A stretch of DNA of 24,000 nt from Syntrophomonadaceae bacterium. GTDB taxonomy: Bacteria; Bacillota; Syntrophomonadia; Syntrophomonadales; Syntrophomonadaceae. The notes beneath the pieces are model-generated. The model was not told where the DNA came from and made no database searches. It saw nothing but the letters and a program-made list of their open reading frames with translations. Location: assembly GCA_035353375.1 (NCBI GenBank), contig DAOPZM010000019.1:3831-27830 (forward strand). Reading direction: 5' to 3'. A program made the translations under genes and the position numbers. Positions 15,564 to 24,000 of the stretch are shown here, one piece after another (position 1 is the first letter of the stretch; each line of letters starts with the position of its first letter).

Positions 15564-18056
15564 ATGATAAAAAATATGCTGAAAAACCTGCTCGATGACA
15601 ACGAAAAAGAAGTAAACAGGCTGCGTAAAAAAGTCGCAGGCATAAACGAACCGGAAGAGCAGTTCTCTAAATTGCACGACGAAGATTTCCCGGTCAAAAC
15701 GGCTGAGTTTAAAGAGCGTCTGGCTAACGGAGAAAATACCGCGGACATATTGCCGGAAGCTTTTGCCCTCATTAGAGAGGCATCACGCCGTACTCTGGGG
15801 ATGAGACATTTCGATGTACAGTTAATAGGTGGGATGGTTCTGCATGAAGGTAAAATTGCCGAGATGAAAACCGGAGAAGGAAAAACTTTGGTGGCGACAC
15901 TGGCTGCCTATCTGAATGCATTAAAAGGCCTGGGGGTTCACATAGTAACTGTCAATGATTATCTGGCCAGCCGTGATGCCGGATGGATGGGGCCGGTTTA
16001 TGAATTCTGCGGTTTAACTGTTGGTTTGATTGTTCATGGTTTAAGCAATGAAGAAAGGAAAGCAGCGTATCTTTGCGATATTACTTATGCCACCAACAAC
16101 GAGTTGGGCTTTGATTATCTGCGCGACAATATGGTGGTAATCAATTCACACAAAGTGCAGCGACCGCTATATTATGCCATAGTTGACGAAGTTGACTCGA
16201 TATTGATCGATGAAGCCCGGACGCCGCTCATTATTTCCGGTGAAGGTGACAAACCTACTGAGCTTTATACTCAGATAGCCAGGTTCGTTCCCCGGCTTCA
16301 ACGGGAAGACGATTATGCAGTTGATGAAAAAGCTCATGTGGTAACCCTTACAGAAGAAGGGGTCAAAAAAGCTGAGAAATATTTTAACATCGATAATCTT
16401 TCTGAAAACATGGAAGTTGCCCATCACTTAAATCAGGGCTTAAAAGCCCAATATTTAATGAAAAGAGATAAGGATTATGTAGTCAAAGACGACCAGGTTA
16501 TTATTGTCGACGAGTTTACCGGTCGGTTAATGTTTGGGCGCCGCTACAGTGATGGCCTGCATCAGGCTATTGAAGCCAAAGAAGGGGTCAAGATCGAAAA
16601 GGAATCACAAACTTTGGCGACCATAACTTTCCAGAATTATTTCCGCATGTATAAAAAATTGTCCGGTATGACTGGTACCGCCAAGACCGAAGAAGAAGAA
16701 TTCCGCAAAATTTATGGCATGGATGTAATTGCTATTCCGACCAATAAAGACATGGTCAGATATGATCGATCTGATTTCATTTATCGCAGTGAAAGCGGTA
16801 AATTTGCTGCTGTTGTAGCTGATATTGTTGAAAGACACAAGATGGGCCAGCCGGTACTGGTAGGTACTATCTCCATCGAAAAATCAGAACAGCTGAGCAG
16901 CTTATTGAGCAAAAAAGGGGTCCGGCACCAGGTATTAAATGCCAAGCATCATGAGAAGGAAGCACAGATTATAGCTCAGGCAGGACAAAGAGATGCGGTT
17001 ACTATAGCTACCAATATGGCCGGACGTGGAACTGATATTGTGCTGGGAGAAGGAGTTCAGGATTTGGGAGGGCTGTATGTTTTAGGCACGGAGCGTCATG
17101 AATCAAGGCGAATTGATAATCAGTTGCGGGGCCGCTCAGGCCGGCAGGGAGACCCGGGGGAATCAAGATTTTATGTATCACTGGAAGATGATTTGATGCG
17201 GCTGTTTGGTTCATCCAATATCGAAGGTGTAATGGAACGGCTGGGTATGGATGACGATATGCCTATTGAAAATAAAATCATAACCCGGGCCATTGAAAAC
17301 GCCCAGAAGAAGGTAGAAGGCCGCAACTTCAGCATTCGTAAAAATGTTCTTGAATATGATGATGTTATTAACAAGCAGCGCGAAGTAATTTATGGTGAAC
17401 GCAATAAAGTTCTGAATGGCGAGGATTTAAAAGCCACCATTTCCAGTATGATCGAAGATGTGATCGAAAATACAGTGGGCAGTTTTGCCGGGGATGTCAA
17501 GTTCAGCGATGAATGGGATCTGACCGGCCTGGTTTCTTTCGTTGAACAGAATATACTGCCTCAAGCGGATCTGAAACCTGACGATATAAAGGGTATGACC
17601 AAAAAGGAAATGAAAGAACTGCTGCTTAATAAGACCATGCAATACTACGAAAAACGCGAAGCTGAGCTGAGTCCGGAAACGATGCGGGAACTGGAGAAGG
17701 CTGTTATGCTGCGTATCATAGACAACAAATGGATGGATCATATCGATGCTATGGATCAGCTGCGCAACGGCATTTCACTGCGGGCTTATGCCCAGCGCGA
17801 TCCCTTGATTGAATATAAATTTGAAGCTTACGATGCTTTTCAGATGATGATTGAGAGTATCAAAGAAGATGTAGTTCGTTACATACTGCGGGTGCGAATT
17901 ATACAAAAACCAGAGGAACGGAAAATAATTGATGCCGGCAGCCCTGACGATATAAGAAAACCGGTCAAGGTGGCAAATAAAATTGGCCGTAATGACCCCT
18001 GCCCTTGCGGCAGCGGGAAAAAATATAAAAAATGCTGTGGCAGGAATGCTGTTTAA
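15564..18056 (+). CDS. secA: preprotein translocase ATPase SecA
   Basis: Walker [38 protein letters not shown], and the C-terminal zinc-binding tail [14 protein letters not shown]. 830 aa. Confidence 0.97.
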   Translation: MIKNMLKNLLDDNEKEVNRLRKKVAGINEPEEQFSKLHDEDFPVKTAEFKERLANGENTADILPEAFALIREASRRTLGMRHFDVQLIGGMVLHEGKIAEMKTGEGKTLVATLAAYLNALKGLGVHIVTVNDYLASRDAGWMGPVYEFCGLTVGLIVHGLSNEERKAAYLCDITYATNNELGFDYLRDNMVVINSHKVQRPLYYAIVDEVDSILIDEARTPLIISGEGDKPTELYTQIARFVPRLQREDDYAVDEKAHVVTLTEEGVKKAEKYFNIDNLSENMEVAHHLNQGLKAQYLMKRDKDYVVKDDQVIIVDEFTGRLMFGRRYSDGLHQAIEAKEGVKIEKESQTLATITFQNYFRMYKKLSGMTGTAKTEEEEFRKIYGMDVIAIPTNKDMVRYDRSDFIYRSESGKFAAVVADIVERHKMGQPVLVGTISIEKSEQLSSLLSKKGVRHQVLNAKHHEKEAQIIAQAGQRDAVTIATNMAGRGTDIVLGEGVQDLGGLYVLGTERHESRRIDNQLRGRSGRQGDPGESRFYVSLEDDLMRLFGSSNIEGVMERLGMDDDMPIENKIITRAIENAQKKVEGRNFSIRKNVLEYDDVINKQREVIYGERNKVLNGEDLKATISSMIEDVIENTVGSFAGDVKFSDEWDLTGLVSFVEQNILPQADLKPDDIKGMTKKEMKELLLNKTMQYYEKREAELSPETMRELEKAVMLRIIDNKWMDHIDAMDQLRNGISLRAYAQRDPLIEYKFEAYDAFQMMIESIKEDVVRYILRVRIIQKPEERKIIDAGSPDDIRKPVKVANKIGRNDPCPCGSGKKYKKCCGRNAV

Positions 18057-18095
18057 CAGATAAAAACTGCTTAAAGATATAAGGGGGAGAAAATA

Positions 18096-19194
18096 ATGGC
18101 AGATGAAGATAAGGCAATTTGTCTGGAAATTATCAGCCGCTTAAAAGAGATGAGGGCTTCTCTTTGACATCGACAACAAGAAGTCATTGATTGCTGGTCT
18201 GGAAAAGAAAACCGGGGAGGAAAATTTCTGGCAGGATAATCAGGAAGCGCAAAAGGTCTTAAAAAATATCAGCGATTTGCAGGGCGCAGTGGATCGCTAT
18301 GAGAAGCTTTTGGACAAAGCTCTTTATATCAATGATATTCTGGATATGGCTTTCGCAGAAAACGAACAGGATCTGATCAGAGAATCCGGCAAAGAAGTAA
18401 ACCGCCTGGAAAAAGACTTTCATCAGTTTGAACTGGAGGTATGTTTCAGCGGTCCTCATGATGAGAATAATGCCATATTATCATTGCATGCAGGTGCCGG
18501 CGGCACGGAAGCCCAGGACTGGGTCGAAATACTGCTGCGCATGTATACCCGCTGGGCTGAAAACTCCGGATATAGTGTGGGAATACTGGATTTACTCGAT
18601 GGAGATGAAGCTGGTATAAAAAGTGTGACTTTTTTAGTCAGTGGTCTGTATGCTTATGGCAAGTTGAAATGTGAGCACGGAGTCCATCGCCTGATTCGGA
18701 TATCTCCTTTTGATTCTTCCGGCAGGCGCCATACTTCTTTTGCTTCTCTGGCGGTTTTGCCGGAAATCAGTGAAGAAAGCGATGAAATAAATATTAACCC
18801 CGATGATTTGCGTATTGATACTTTCAGATCAAGCGGTGCCGGCGGGCAGCATGTCAATAAAACTGATTCGGCGGTCCGGATCACTCATTTGCCTACCGGT
18901 ATTGTTGTACAATGTCAAAATGAAAGGTCACAGCATTCCAATCGCCTGACGGCTATGAAATTACTTAATGCCAAACTTTATGATTTAAAAGAAAAACAGG
19001 CTGATGATAATCTGCAGAGTCTTAAGGGAGAATACAAGGAAATTGCCTGGGGAAGTCAGATAAGGACCTACACTTTAAACCCTTTTACCCTGGTAAAAGA
19101 CCATCGGACCGGGGTGGAGATCGGCAATGCCCAGGCAGTTTTAGACGGAAATCTGGACGATTTTATTTATGCGTATCTGCACAATGGACAGTAG
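18096..19194 (+). CDS. prfB: peptide chain release factor 2, expressed via programmed +1 frameshift: join(18096..18164,18166..19194)
   Basis: ORF0 (ATG18096, RBS AAGGGGGAG) encodes MADEDKAICLEIISRLKEMRASL and then TGA (18165-18167). The +1 frame continues DIDNKKSLIAGLEKK... into ORF-track 18187..19194. The RF2 SPF motif (RISPFDS) and GGQ motif (SGAGGQHVNKT) are both present. Confidence 0.93.
18152..18168 (+). promoter_or_regulatory. prfB autoregulatory +1 frameshift site
   Basis: SD-like GAGGG (18152-18156), 5 nt, then the slippery/stop context CTT TGA C (18162-18168). Confidence 0.85.
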
Positions 19195-19214
19195 ACTGAC
19201 AAGGGAGGATAACG

Positions 19215-20069
19215 GTGCGAGAGATTAATGAAGAGTCATTGAAGCTGGTTGTCAAAAAGGCGGTAATCATCCGGGAGAGTATCATAAAAATGCTGGGTGA
19301 GTCGGGTTCAGGACATACGGGCGGCTCACTGTCAGCAGCCGACATAATGGCCTGTCTGTACTTCTGGGAAATGAATATTGACGCCAAAGAGCCGCAGACA
19401 CCCGGACGCGATCGTTTTGTACTCAGCAAAGGGCATGCTGCTCCCGTCCTTTATGCGGCTCTGGCAGAAAAAGGCTTCTTCCCGGCTGAATATTTAATGC
19501 GTTTGCGTAAATGGGGCAGTCCTTTGCAGGGACATCCGGATATGCGAAAACTGGCGGGAGTGGAAGCATCAACCGGGTCTCTGGGACAGGGAATTTCCTG
19601 GGCAGTTGGCATGGCCCTGGCGGGAAAAATAGACCAGGCTGGTTTCCGGGTCTATACATTGCTAGGTGACGGGGAGTTGGAGGAAGGAATGGTCTGGGAA
19701 GCGGCAATGGCTGCTGCTCATTACCATCTGGATAATTTAACGGCTATAGTCGACAACAACGGCCTGCAAATTGACGGGCGGGTGCAAAAAGTAATGGGGG
19801 TCGAACCTATCGCAGAAAAATTTGCGGCTTTTAACTGGGAAGTATTTGAAATTGACGGACATGACCCGGAGCAAATTATGATTGCCCTGGAAAAAGCCCG
19901 CAGCATAAAAGACCGGCCGACTGCAATAATAGCTCACACTATTAAAGGTAAAGGCTGTTCATTTATGGAAGACAAGGCTGAATGGCACGGCACTGCACCG
20001 AAAAAGGATGAAGCCGACCGGGCTTTGGCAGAAATAAAAGCTTATGCTGAGTCAAGGGGAATTTGTTGA
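19215..20069 (+). CDS. transketolase, N-terminal (TPP-binding) subunit
   Basis: GSGHTGGSLSAADI, and the GDGELEEG metal/TPP motif. GTG19215 follows GGGAGG. About 284 aa, as is typical of split transketolases. Confidence 0.9.
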   Translation: MREINEESLKLVVKKAVIIRESIIKMLGESGSGHTGGSLSAADIMACLYFWEMNIDAKEPQTPGRDRFVLSKGHAAPVLYAALAEKGFFPAEYLMRLRKWGSPLQGHPDMRKLAGVEASTGSLGQGISWAVGMALAGKIDQAGFRVYTLLGDGELEEGMVWEAAMAAAHYHLDNLTAIVDNNGLQIDGRVQKVMGVEPIAEKFAAFNWEVFEIDGHDPEQIMIALEKARSIKDRPTAIIAHTIKGKGCSFMEDKAEWHGTAPKKDEADRALAEIKAYAESRGIC

Positions 20070-20097
20070 TATTGAATTAATACGAGGAGGAATAACA

Positions 20098-21039
20098 GTG
20101 GAAAAACAGGCTACCCGTGATGCCTATGGGGAAGCACTGGTGGAATTGGGACACCTGCATAATGATATAGTAGTTTTAGATGCGGATCTGTCATCTTCAA
20201 CCAAGACGTCAGGCTTTGCCAAAACCTTCCCGGACAGATTTTTCAACGCTGGTATTGCCGAACAAAATATGATTGGCATGGCGGCCGGATTGGCTGCGGC
20301 AGGGAAAACAGTATTTGCCAGTTCCTTTGCTATTTTTGCTGCCGGCCGGGCTTTTGAACAAGTGCGTAACTCTTTGGCTTATGCCAATCTGAATGTAAAA
20401 GTATGTGCTACCCATGCCGGTCTTACAGTTGGAGAAGACGGAGGTTCCCATCAGGCAGTGGAAGATATTGCCCTTATGCGGGCAGTCCCTAATATGTGTG
20501 TAGTAGTTCCGGCTGATGGGCCAAGTACCAAAGCAGCACTCTTCAAGCTATATGAAAGGCAGGGCCCGGCTTATCTCCGTCTGGGACGTCCGGCGGTACC
20601 AAAAATATATAATGATAAAACAGATATTGTTATCGGCAAAGGTATCGAACTTCGTACCGGGAAGGATGCTGCTATTATCGCCTGCGGCATAATGGTGCAA
20701 AAATCACTTCAAGCCGCCCGGCTTTTAGCTGAAGAGGGCATTGAAGTTACGGTTGTTGATATGCATACTGTAAAACCGATCGATAAAGAGCTGATAATCA
20801 GGCTGGCCAAAGATACCGGAGCTATTTTAACGGCAGAAGAACATAGCATTATTGGCGGCCTGGGCAGTGCAGTAGCAGAAACAGCCGCGGCCGATTTTCC
20901 GGTGTTAGTTGAGCGGCTGGGGATCAACGACATATTCGGACAGTCAGCAACACCGGATCAGCTTTTGGAACATTATGGCTTAACAGTTCAGGATATAACT
21001 GAAAAAATACATTTATTGTTAATAAAGAAAAAAGGATAG
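20098..21039 (+). CDS. transketolase, C-terminal (pyrimidine-binding) subunit
   Basis: FNAGIAEQNMIGMAAGLA motif, with a C-terminal domain carrying HTVKPID. GTG20098 lies 7 nt after GGAGG (20086-20090), so the ORF-track ATG20044 overlap with the upstream subunit is probably an artefact. Confidence 0.9.
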   Translation: MEKQATRDAYGEALVELGHLHNDIVVLDADLSSSTKTSGFAKTFPDRFFNAGIAEQNMIGMAAGLAAAGKTVFASSFAIFAAGRAFEQVRNSLAYANLNVKVCATHAGLTVGEDGGSHQAVEDIALMRAVPNMCVVVPADGPSTKAALFKLYERQGPAYLRLGRPAVPKIYNDKTDIVIGKGIELRTGKDAAIIACGIMVQKSLQAARLLAEEGIEVTVVDMHTVKPIDKELIIRLAKDTGAILTAEEHSIIGGLGSAVAETAAADFPVLVERLGINDIFGQSATPDQLLEHYGLTVQDITEKIHLLLIKKKG

Positions 21040-21071
21040 AAATAAAAAAGGTATTTTAGTTATTTTTGTAG

Positions 21072-21098
21072 AATCACCCTCATAGGGTGGTTTTTTTT
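21072..21098 (+). terminator. Rho-independent terminator after the transketolase genes
   Basis: CACCCT (21075-21080), loop CAT, AGGGTG (21084-21089), then G and T8 (21091-21098). Confidence 0.75.
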
Positions 21099-21170
21099 AT
21101 GCCAACAAATGCTGTCACTGGATAGCGTTGGCATAGAAAAGATTTTTATATATGGGTCGGAGGGAGATAA

Positions 21171-21860
21171 ATGCTGGTCCAATTTTATAATGTCTCCAAG
21201 ATATATCCCAATGGTGTTAAAGCACTTGATGATATTTCGTTAAAAATAGACCGGGGCGAGTTTATCTTTTTAATGGGGCCCAGCGGAGCTGGTAAATCCA
21301 GTTTTGTAAAATTGCTTTTTCGCGAAGAGCTGCCCAGCCGCGGCCAGATATTTATGAATTCGCGCAGTATTATCAGAATGAAACGCAGTGAAGTACCAAA
21401 AATGAGGCGTAATATCGGCGTTGTTTTTCAGGATTTTAAATTGCTGGAGAATAAAACCGTAGCGGAAAATGTTGCTTTTGCCATGGAAGTTGTCGGAGCG
21501 CCTTACCGTAATATTCAAAAAAGAGTCCCGCAGGTAATAAAACAGGTGGGACTGGAAGGATATGAAAATACTTTTCCCGGTCAGTTATCCGGGGGAGAGC
21601 AGCAACGGGTAGGTATAGCCAGGGCTTTAACCAATGAACCGTTAATGCTTATTGCTGATGAACCTACCGGCAACCTGGATCTTAACACATCCCTGGAAAT
21701 AATGGAATTACTTTATGATATTAACCGCAAGGGAACTACGGTAATAATGGCGACCCATGCCCAGCAGCTGGTCAAATCGGCGCATAAAAGAGTAATTATG
21801 CTGGATAAAGGTAAGATCGTATCGGATTCGCAGATTCAGTTCGGGGAGCAGCAAATATGA
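21171..21860 (+). CDS. ftsE: cell division ATP-binding protein FtsE
   Basis: Walker [13 protein letters not shown] signature LSGGEQQRV, Walker B LIADEPT. The stop overlaps the ftsX start (ATGA). RBS GGAGGG lies at 21159-21164. Confidence 0.93.
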   Translation: MLVQFYNVSKIYPNGVKALDDISLKIDRGEFIFLMGPSGAGKSSFVKLLFREELPSRGQIFMNSRSIIRMKRSEVPKMRRNIGVVFQDFKLLENKTVAENVAFAMEVVGAPYRNIQKRVPQVIKQVGLEGYENTFPGQLSGGEQQRVGIARALTNEPLMLIADEPTGNLDLNTSLEIMELLYDINRKGTTVIMATHAQQLVKSAHKRVIMLDKGKIVSDSQIQFGEQQI

Positions 21861-22741
21861 ATATGCGCAGTTTAAAATATTTTTTCAGTGAAGCTTCCAA
21901 ATCCCTTTACCGCAACAGGCTGTTGACCTTGGTTACCATTGCCAATGTAGCTATATGTATTCTTATACTGGGCGCAGCAGTGCTGATGACAGTGAATGCC
22001 AATAACATAATCGATAACCTGGAATCTGATGTGGAGATAGTAGCTTTTATCGACAAGGAAATGTCTGACAAAGATACTGATTTATTACGGGAAAAAATCG
22101 AGAAAATCGACGGAGTTAAAGCTGTAGTTTTTATTTCCAAAGAAGAAGGTTTAAAAGATTTACAGGAAAAACTCGGCGGCAAGGAATATGATTTAAACTC
22201 CACCCTGGAGGAAAACCCCCTGCGCAATTCCTTCGAAATTGAGGCGGTTGACCCCCATAAGGTGCCGGATATCGCGAAAAAAATAGAAATACTGAATGGA
22301 GTCTATAAAGTAAATTACGGCAAGGGAGTTGTAGAAAAGCTTTTTCAGGTAACAAAATGGGTCAGGATTGTTGGGATAGTAACAATTGTTTTATTGGCTT
22401 TCGGAGCAATATTCCTTATTTCCACGACTATCAGACTGGCTATATTCAGCCGCCGTAAAGAAGTATACCTGATGAAACTTATTGGTGCTTCTGACTGGTT
22501 TGTAAGGATGCCATTTTTCCTGGAAGGAGTATTTCTGGGGTTGACCGGTGCCATCATCGCTGTATTCTTCCTGGCATTGGGTTATGGTTCGTTGACCGGG
22601 CAGGCCCATAAGATATTGTTCCTGCCGTTAGTTACTGATATAGGATTTTTGATCAATATCTATCTCATTTTACTGGGGGCAGGAGTTCTGTTAGGGATTT
22701 TTGCCACTTATTTTTCCTTAAGTAAATTCCTGGATGTTTGA
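21857..22741 (+). CDS. ftsX: cell division permease-like protein FtsX
   Basis: ATGA overlap with ftsE (21857-21860). The layout is TM1, then an extracellular domain of about 110 aa, then three C-terminal TM helices. The N-terminal motif is FFSEASKSLYRNRLL. Confidence 0.9.
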   Translation: MNMRSLKYFFSEASKSLYRNRLLTLVTIANVAICILILGAAVLMTVNANNIIDNLESDVEIVAFIDKEMSDKDTDLLREKIEKIDGVKAVVFISKEEGLKDLQEKLGGKEYDLNSTLEENPLRNSFEIEAVDPHKVPDIAKKIEILNGVYKVNYGKGVVEKLFQVTKWVRIVGIVTIVLLAFGAIFLISTTIRLAIFSRRKEVYLMKLIGASDWFVRMPFFLEGVFLGLTGAIIAVFFLALGYGSLTGQAHKILFLPLVTDIGFLINIYLILLGAGVLLGIFATYFSLSKFLDV

Positions 22742-22787
22742 TATCATTTCATTTTTTCAGCGTTAAGCAAAGGAGGACGAGTACAGA

Positions 22788-23924
22788 GTGAGCAGGATAA
22801 AAAAATGGTTAAGCCTGATAATTTTGTCTGCCTTTTTTCTGGGCAGTATTTTGCCGGTATATGCTGATGAAATTGATGATGCCCGCAGTCAGCTGCAAGA
22901 AGTAGGACAACAAATCAACAATCAGCAGGGCAAACTGAATTCAGTAAAAAAACAGGAAAAAACTATTATGGGACAACTGCAAACTATAGAAAAAAATATT
23001 ATTACCAGGGAAAATGAAATTAAAACCCTGGAAGGCAAGATAGAGTATCTGCATACCAATATTGCTGTAACCGAAGATGATATCGAGCTGGCAGAGGCGG
23101 AACTGGAAGAAAAAAACCAGCTGTTAAGTGAACGCCTGGTTTACATATATGAAAAAGGAGATCTTACTTACCTGGAGGTATTGTTGTCTGCTACCGACAT
23201 AAAAGATTTTATTACCCGCTACGAAATGGTTAATATGATCGTGGAACAGGATCTGGAATTGATCGATTCCATAAATCAACAAAAACATACCTTGAATACG
23301 AAGAAAAGTGATTTGTTAGTAGAGAAAAATGAGTTGGTTTATGCTCAGGACAGTGAAAAAACTAAACGGGAAGAATTAAGCGAACAAAAACAGGATAAGA
23401 AGACAGTATTAAACAGCGTCCAGAAGGAAAAAGCTCAATATGAAAAAGCGCTGGCTGAGCTGGAGCAGACTTCCAATGAACTGGAAGCCACCATTAGAAG
23501 AATACAGTCCGGAACCAGCGGGGAACAGTTGGGGACCGGTGTATTTACTTGGCCGGCACCTGGTTACAGTACTATTACTTCGCCCTATGGCATGAGATAT
23601 CATCCTATTTTAAAATATAACAAGATGCATACCGGGGTTGATATCGGAGCACCAAGCGGTGCCGATATAGTCGCCGCAGACAGTGGAACTGTCATCCAGA
23701 CCGGATGGTTGGGAGGCTATGGACAGGTAGTGGTGATCGATCATGGAGGTGGGATTTCCACCCTCTATGCGCACATGTCCACAATAATAGCTGCAAATGG
23801 GGCTTCGGTAACTAAAGGCCAGGTTATAGGCAAAGTAGGTTCGACCGGTTGGAGTACCGGACCGCATTTACATTTCGAAGTAAGAATAAATGGGGCTTAT
23901 ACTGATCCAATGAGTTATATTTAA
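22788..23924 (+). CDS. M23 family peptidoglycan metalloendopeptidase with N-terminal coiled coil (EnvC-like architecture)
   Basis: Signal peptide ...ILPVYA|DEIDD and heptad-rich coiled coil at about aa 30-235. The LytM domain has HTGVD (H281 nt 23628-23630, D285 nt 23640-23642) and HLHFE (H360 nt 23865-23867, H362 nt 23871-23873). The start is GTG22788, 11 nt after GGAGG. Confidence 0.88.
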   Translation: MSRIKKWLSLIILSAFFLGSILPVYADEIDDARSQLQEVGQQINNQQGKLNSVKKQEKTIMGQLQTIEKNIITRENEIKTLEGKIEYLHTNIAVTEDDIELAEAELEEKNQLLSERLVYIYEKGDLTYLEVLLSATDIKDFITRYEMVNMIVEQDLELIDSINQQKHTLNTKKSDLLVEKNELVYAQDSEKTKREELSEQKQDKKTVLNSVQKEKAQYEKALAELEQTSNELEATIRRIQSGTSGEQLGTGVFTWPAPGYSTITSPYGMRYHPILKYNKMHTGVDIGAPSGADIVAADSGTVIQTGWLGGYGQVVVIDHGGGISTLYAHMSTIIAANGASVTKGQVIGKVGSTGWSTGPHLHFEVRINGAYTDPMSYI

Positions 23925-23950
23925 CTTAATAATTAAAATCAGCCGACCAG

Positions 23951-23977
23951 GGGCGGAGCAGGGCTCTGCCCTTTTTT
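23951..23977 (+). terminator. Rho-independent terminator after the M23 peptidase gene
   Basis: GGGCGGAGC (23951-23959) pairs with GCTCTGCCC (23963-23971), with one G-U pair and a 3-nt loop, followed by T6 (23972-23977). Confidence 0.75.
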
Positions 23978-24000
23978 GTCACAAATTAGTCATATTTGTT

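Noticed and set aside
4593-20097. N-terminal extensions in the ORF track for several genes: 4593, 9149, 10375, 13327, 13727 and 20044.
   Set aside because: In each case an internal start (4623, 9173, 10393, 13354, 13841, 20098) has a much better GGAGG-type RBS at 6-8 nt and gives an N-terminus typical of the family. The extensions use TTG or GTG, or ATG starts lacking an RBS.
21049-21074. Sigma-H-like or extended -10 element AGGTAT-N13-GTAGAAT. It shares TGTAGAAT with the hpf promoter candidate and lies upstream of ftsE.
   Set aside because: The spacer is one nt too long for the consensus. The element sits immediately upstream of the transketolase terminator hairpin (21075-21089), so any transcript would terminate at once.
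21101-21156. Hairpin GCCAAC...GTTGGC (21101-21132) and a TTGGCA -35-like hexamer (21128-21133) upstream of ftsE.
   Set aside because: The stem is only 6 bp with a 20-nt loop, and no acceptable -10 lies at 16-18 nt spacing (TATATA at 13 nt, TATGGG at 17 nt). This is insufficient support for a promoter or a regulatory RNA.
1-24000. A search for a defence island, mobile element, CRISPR array, toxin-antitoxin pair, tRNA/rRNA genes or a novel multi-gene system.
   Set aside because: - No direct-repeat/spacer array, terminal inverted repeats, transposase, integrase or recombinase motifs were seen.
- No cloverleaf-like tRNA sequences were seen.
- No strand switches or obvious compositional breaks were seen.
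- Every gene longer than 100 aa has a housekeeping or envelope-related assignment.

The window appears to be conserved core chromosome.

Overview
The window is a co-directional chromosomal core segment; all about 20 supported genes lie on the + strand. Gene content and synteny suggest a moderate-GC Firmicute, probably Clostridia-like, that carries an S-layer. I found no tRNA, rRNA, CRISPR array, transposase, integrase or recognisable defence genes.

Gene order, 5'->3':
- 3' tail of an unknown gene, with its terminator.
- RND efflux operon: lipoprotein adaptor, RND permease and a trailing TetR regulator.
- A 1068-aa SLH-anchored S8 serine peptidase with a long Asp-His insertion.
- A small PNPOx-like protein.
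- UDP-GlcNAc 2-epimerase.
- A phosphohexomutase, followed by a terminator.
- A DegS/DegU-like two-component pair whose kinase is only the DHp+CA core.
- An orphan small membrane protein.
- comFC.
- A 352-nt non-coding spacer holding a nested-helix structured RNA with its own terminator.
- Long-form hpf, secA, and prfB with the classical CTT TGA C +1 frameshift.
- Split transketolase, ftsE-ftsX, and a coiled-coil M23 peptidase.

The degSU-comF-hpf-secA-prfB-ftsEX order mirrors Bacillus subtilis, minus the flagellar block.

Most worth a second look:
- The comFC-hpf intergenic RNA, bracketed by an exact 22-nt duplicated hairpin. Its genomic context matches the raiA-motif ncRNA, whose function is still unresolved.
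- The input-domain-less DegS-like kinase.
- The SLH-anchored pyrolysin/TPPII-like protease.

I did not find a novel multi-gene system. All family assignments rest on motifs read by eye and recalled from memory; no searches were run.
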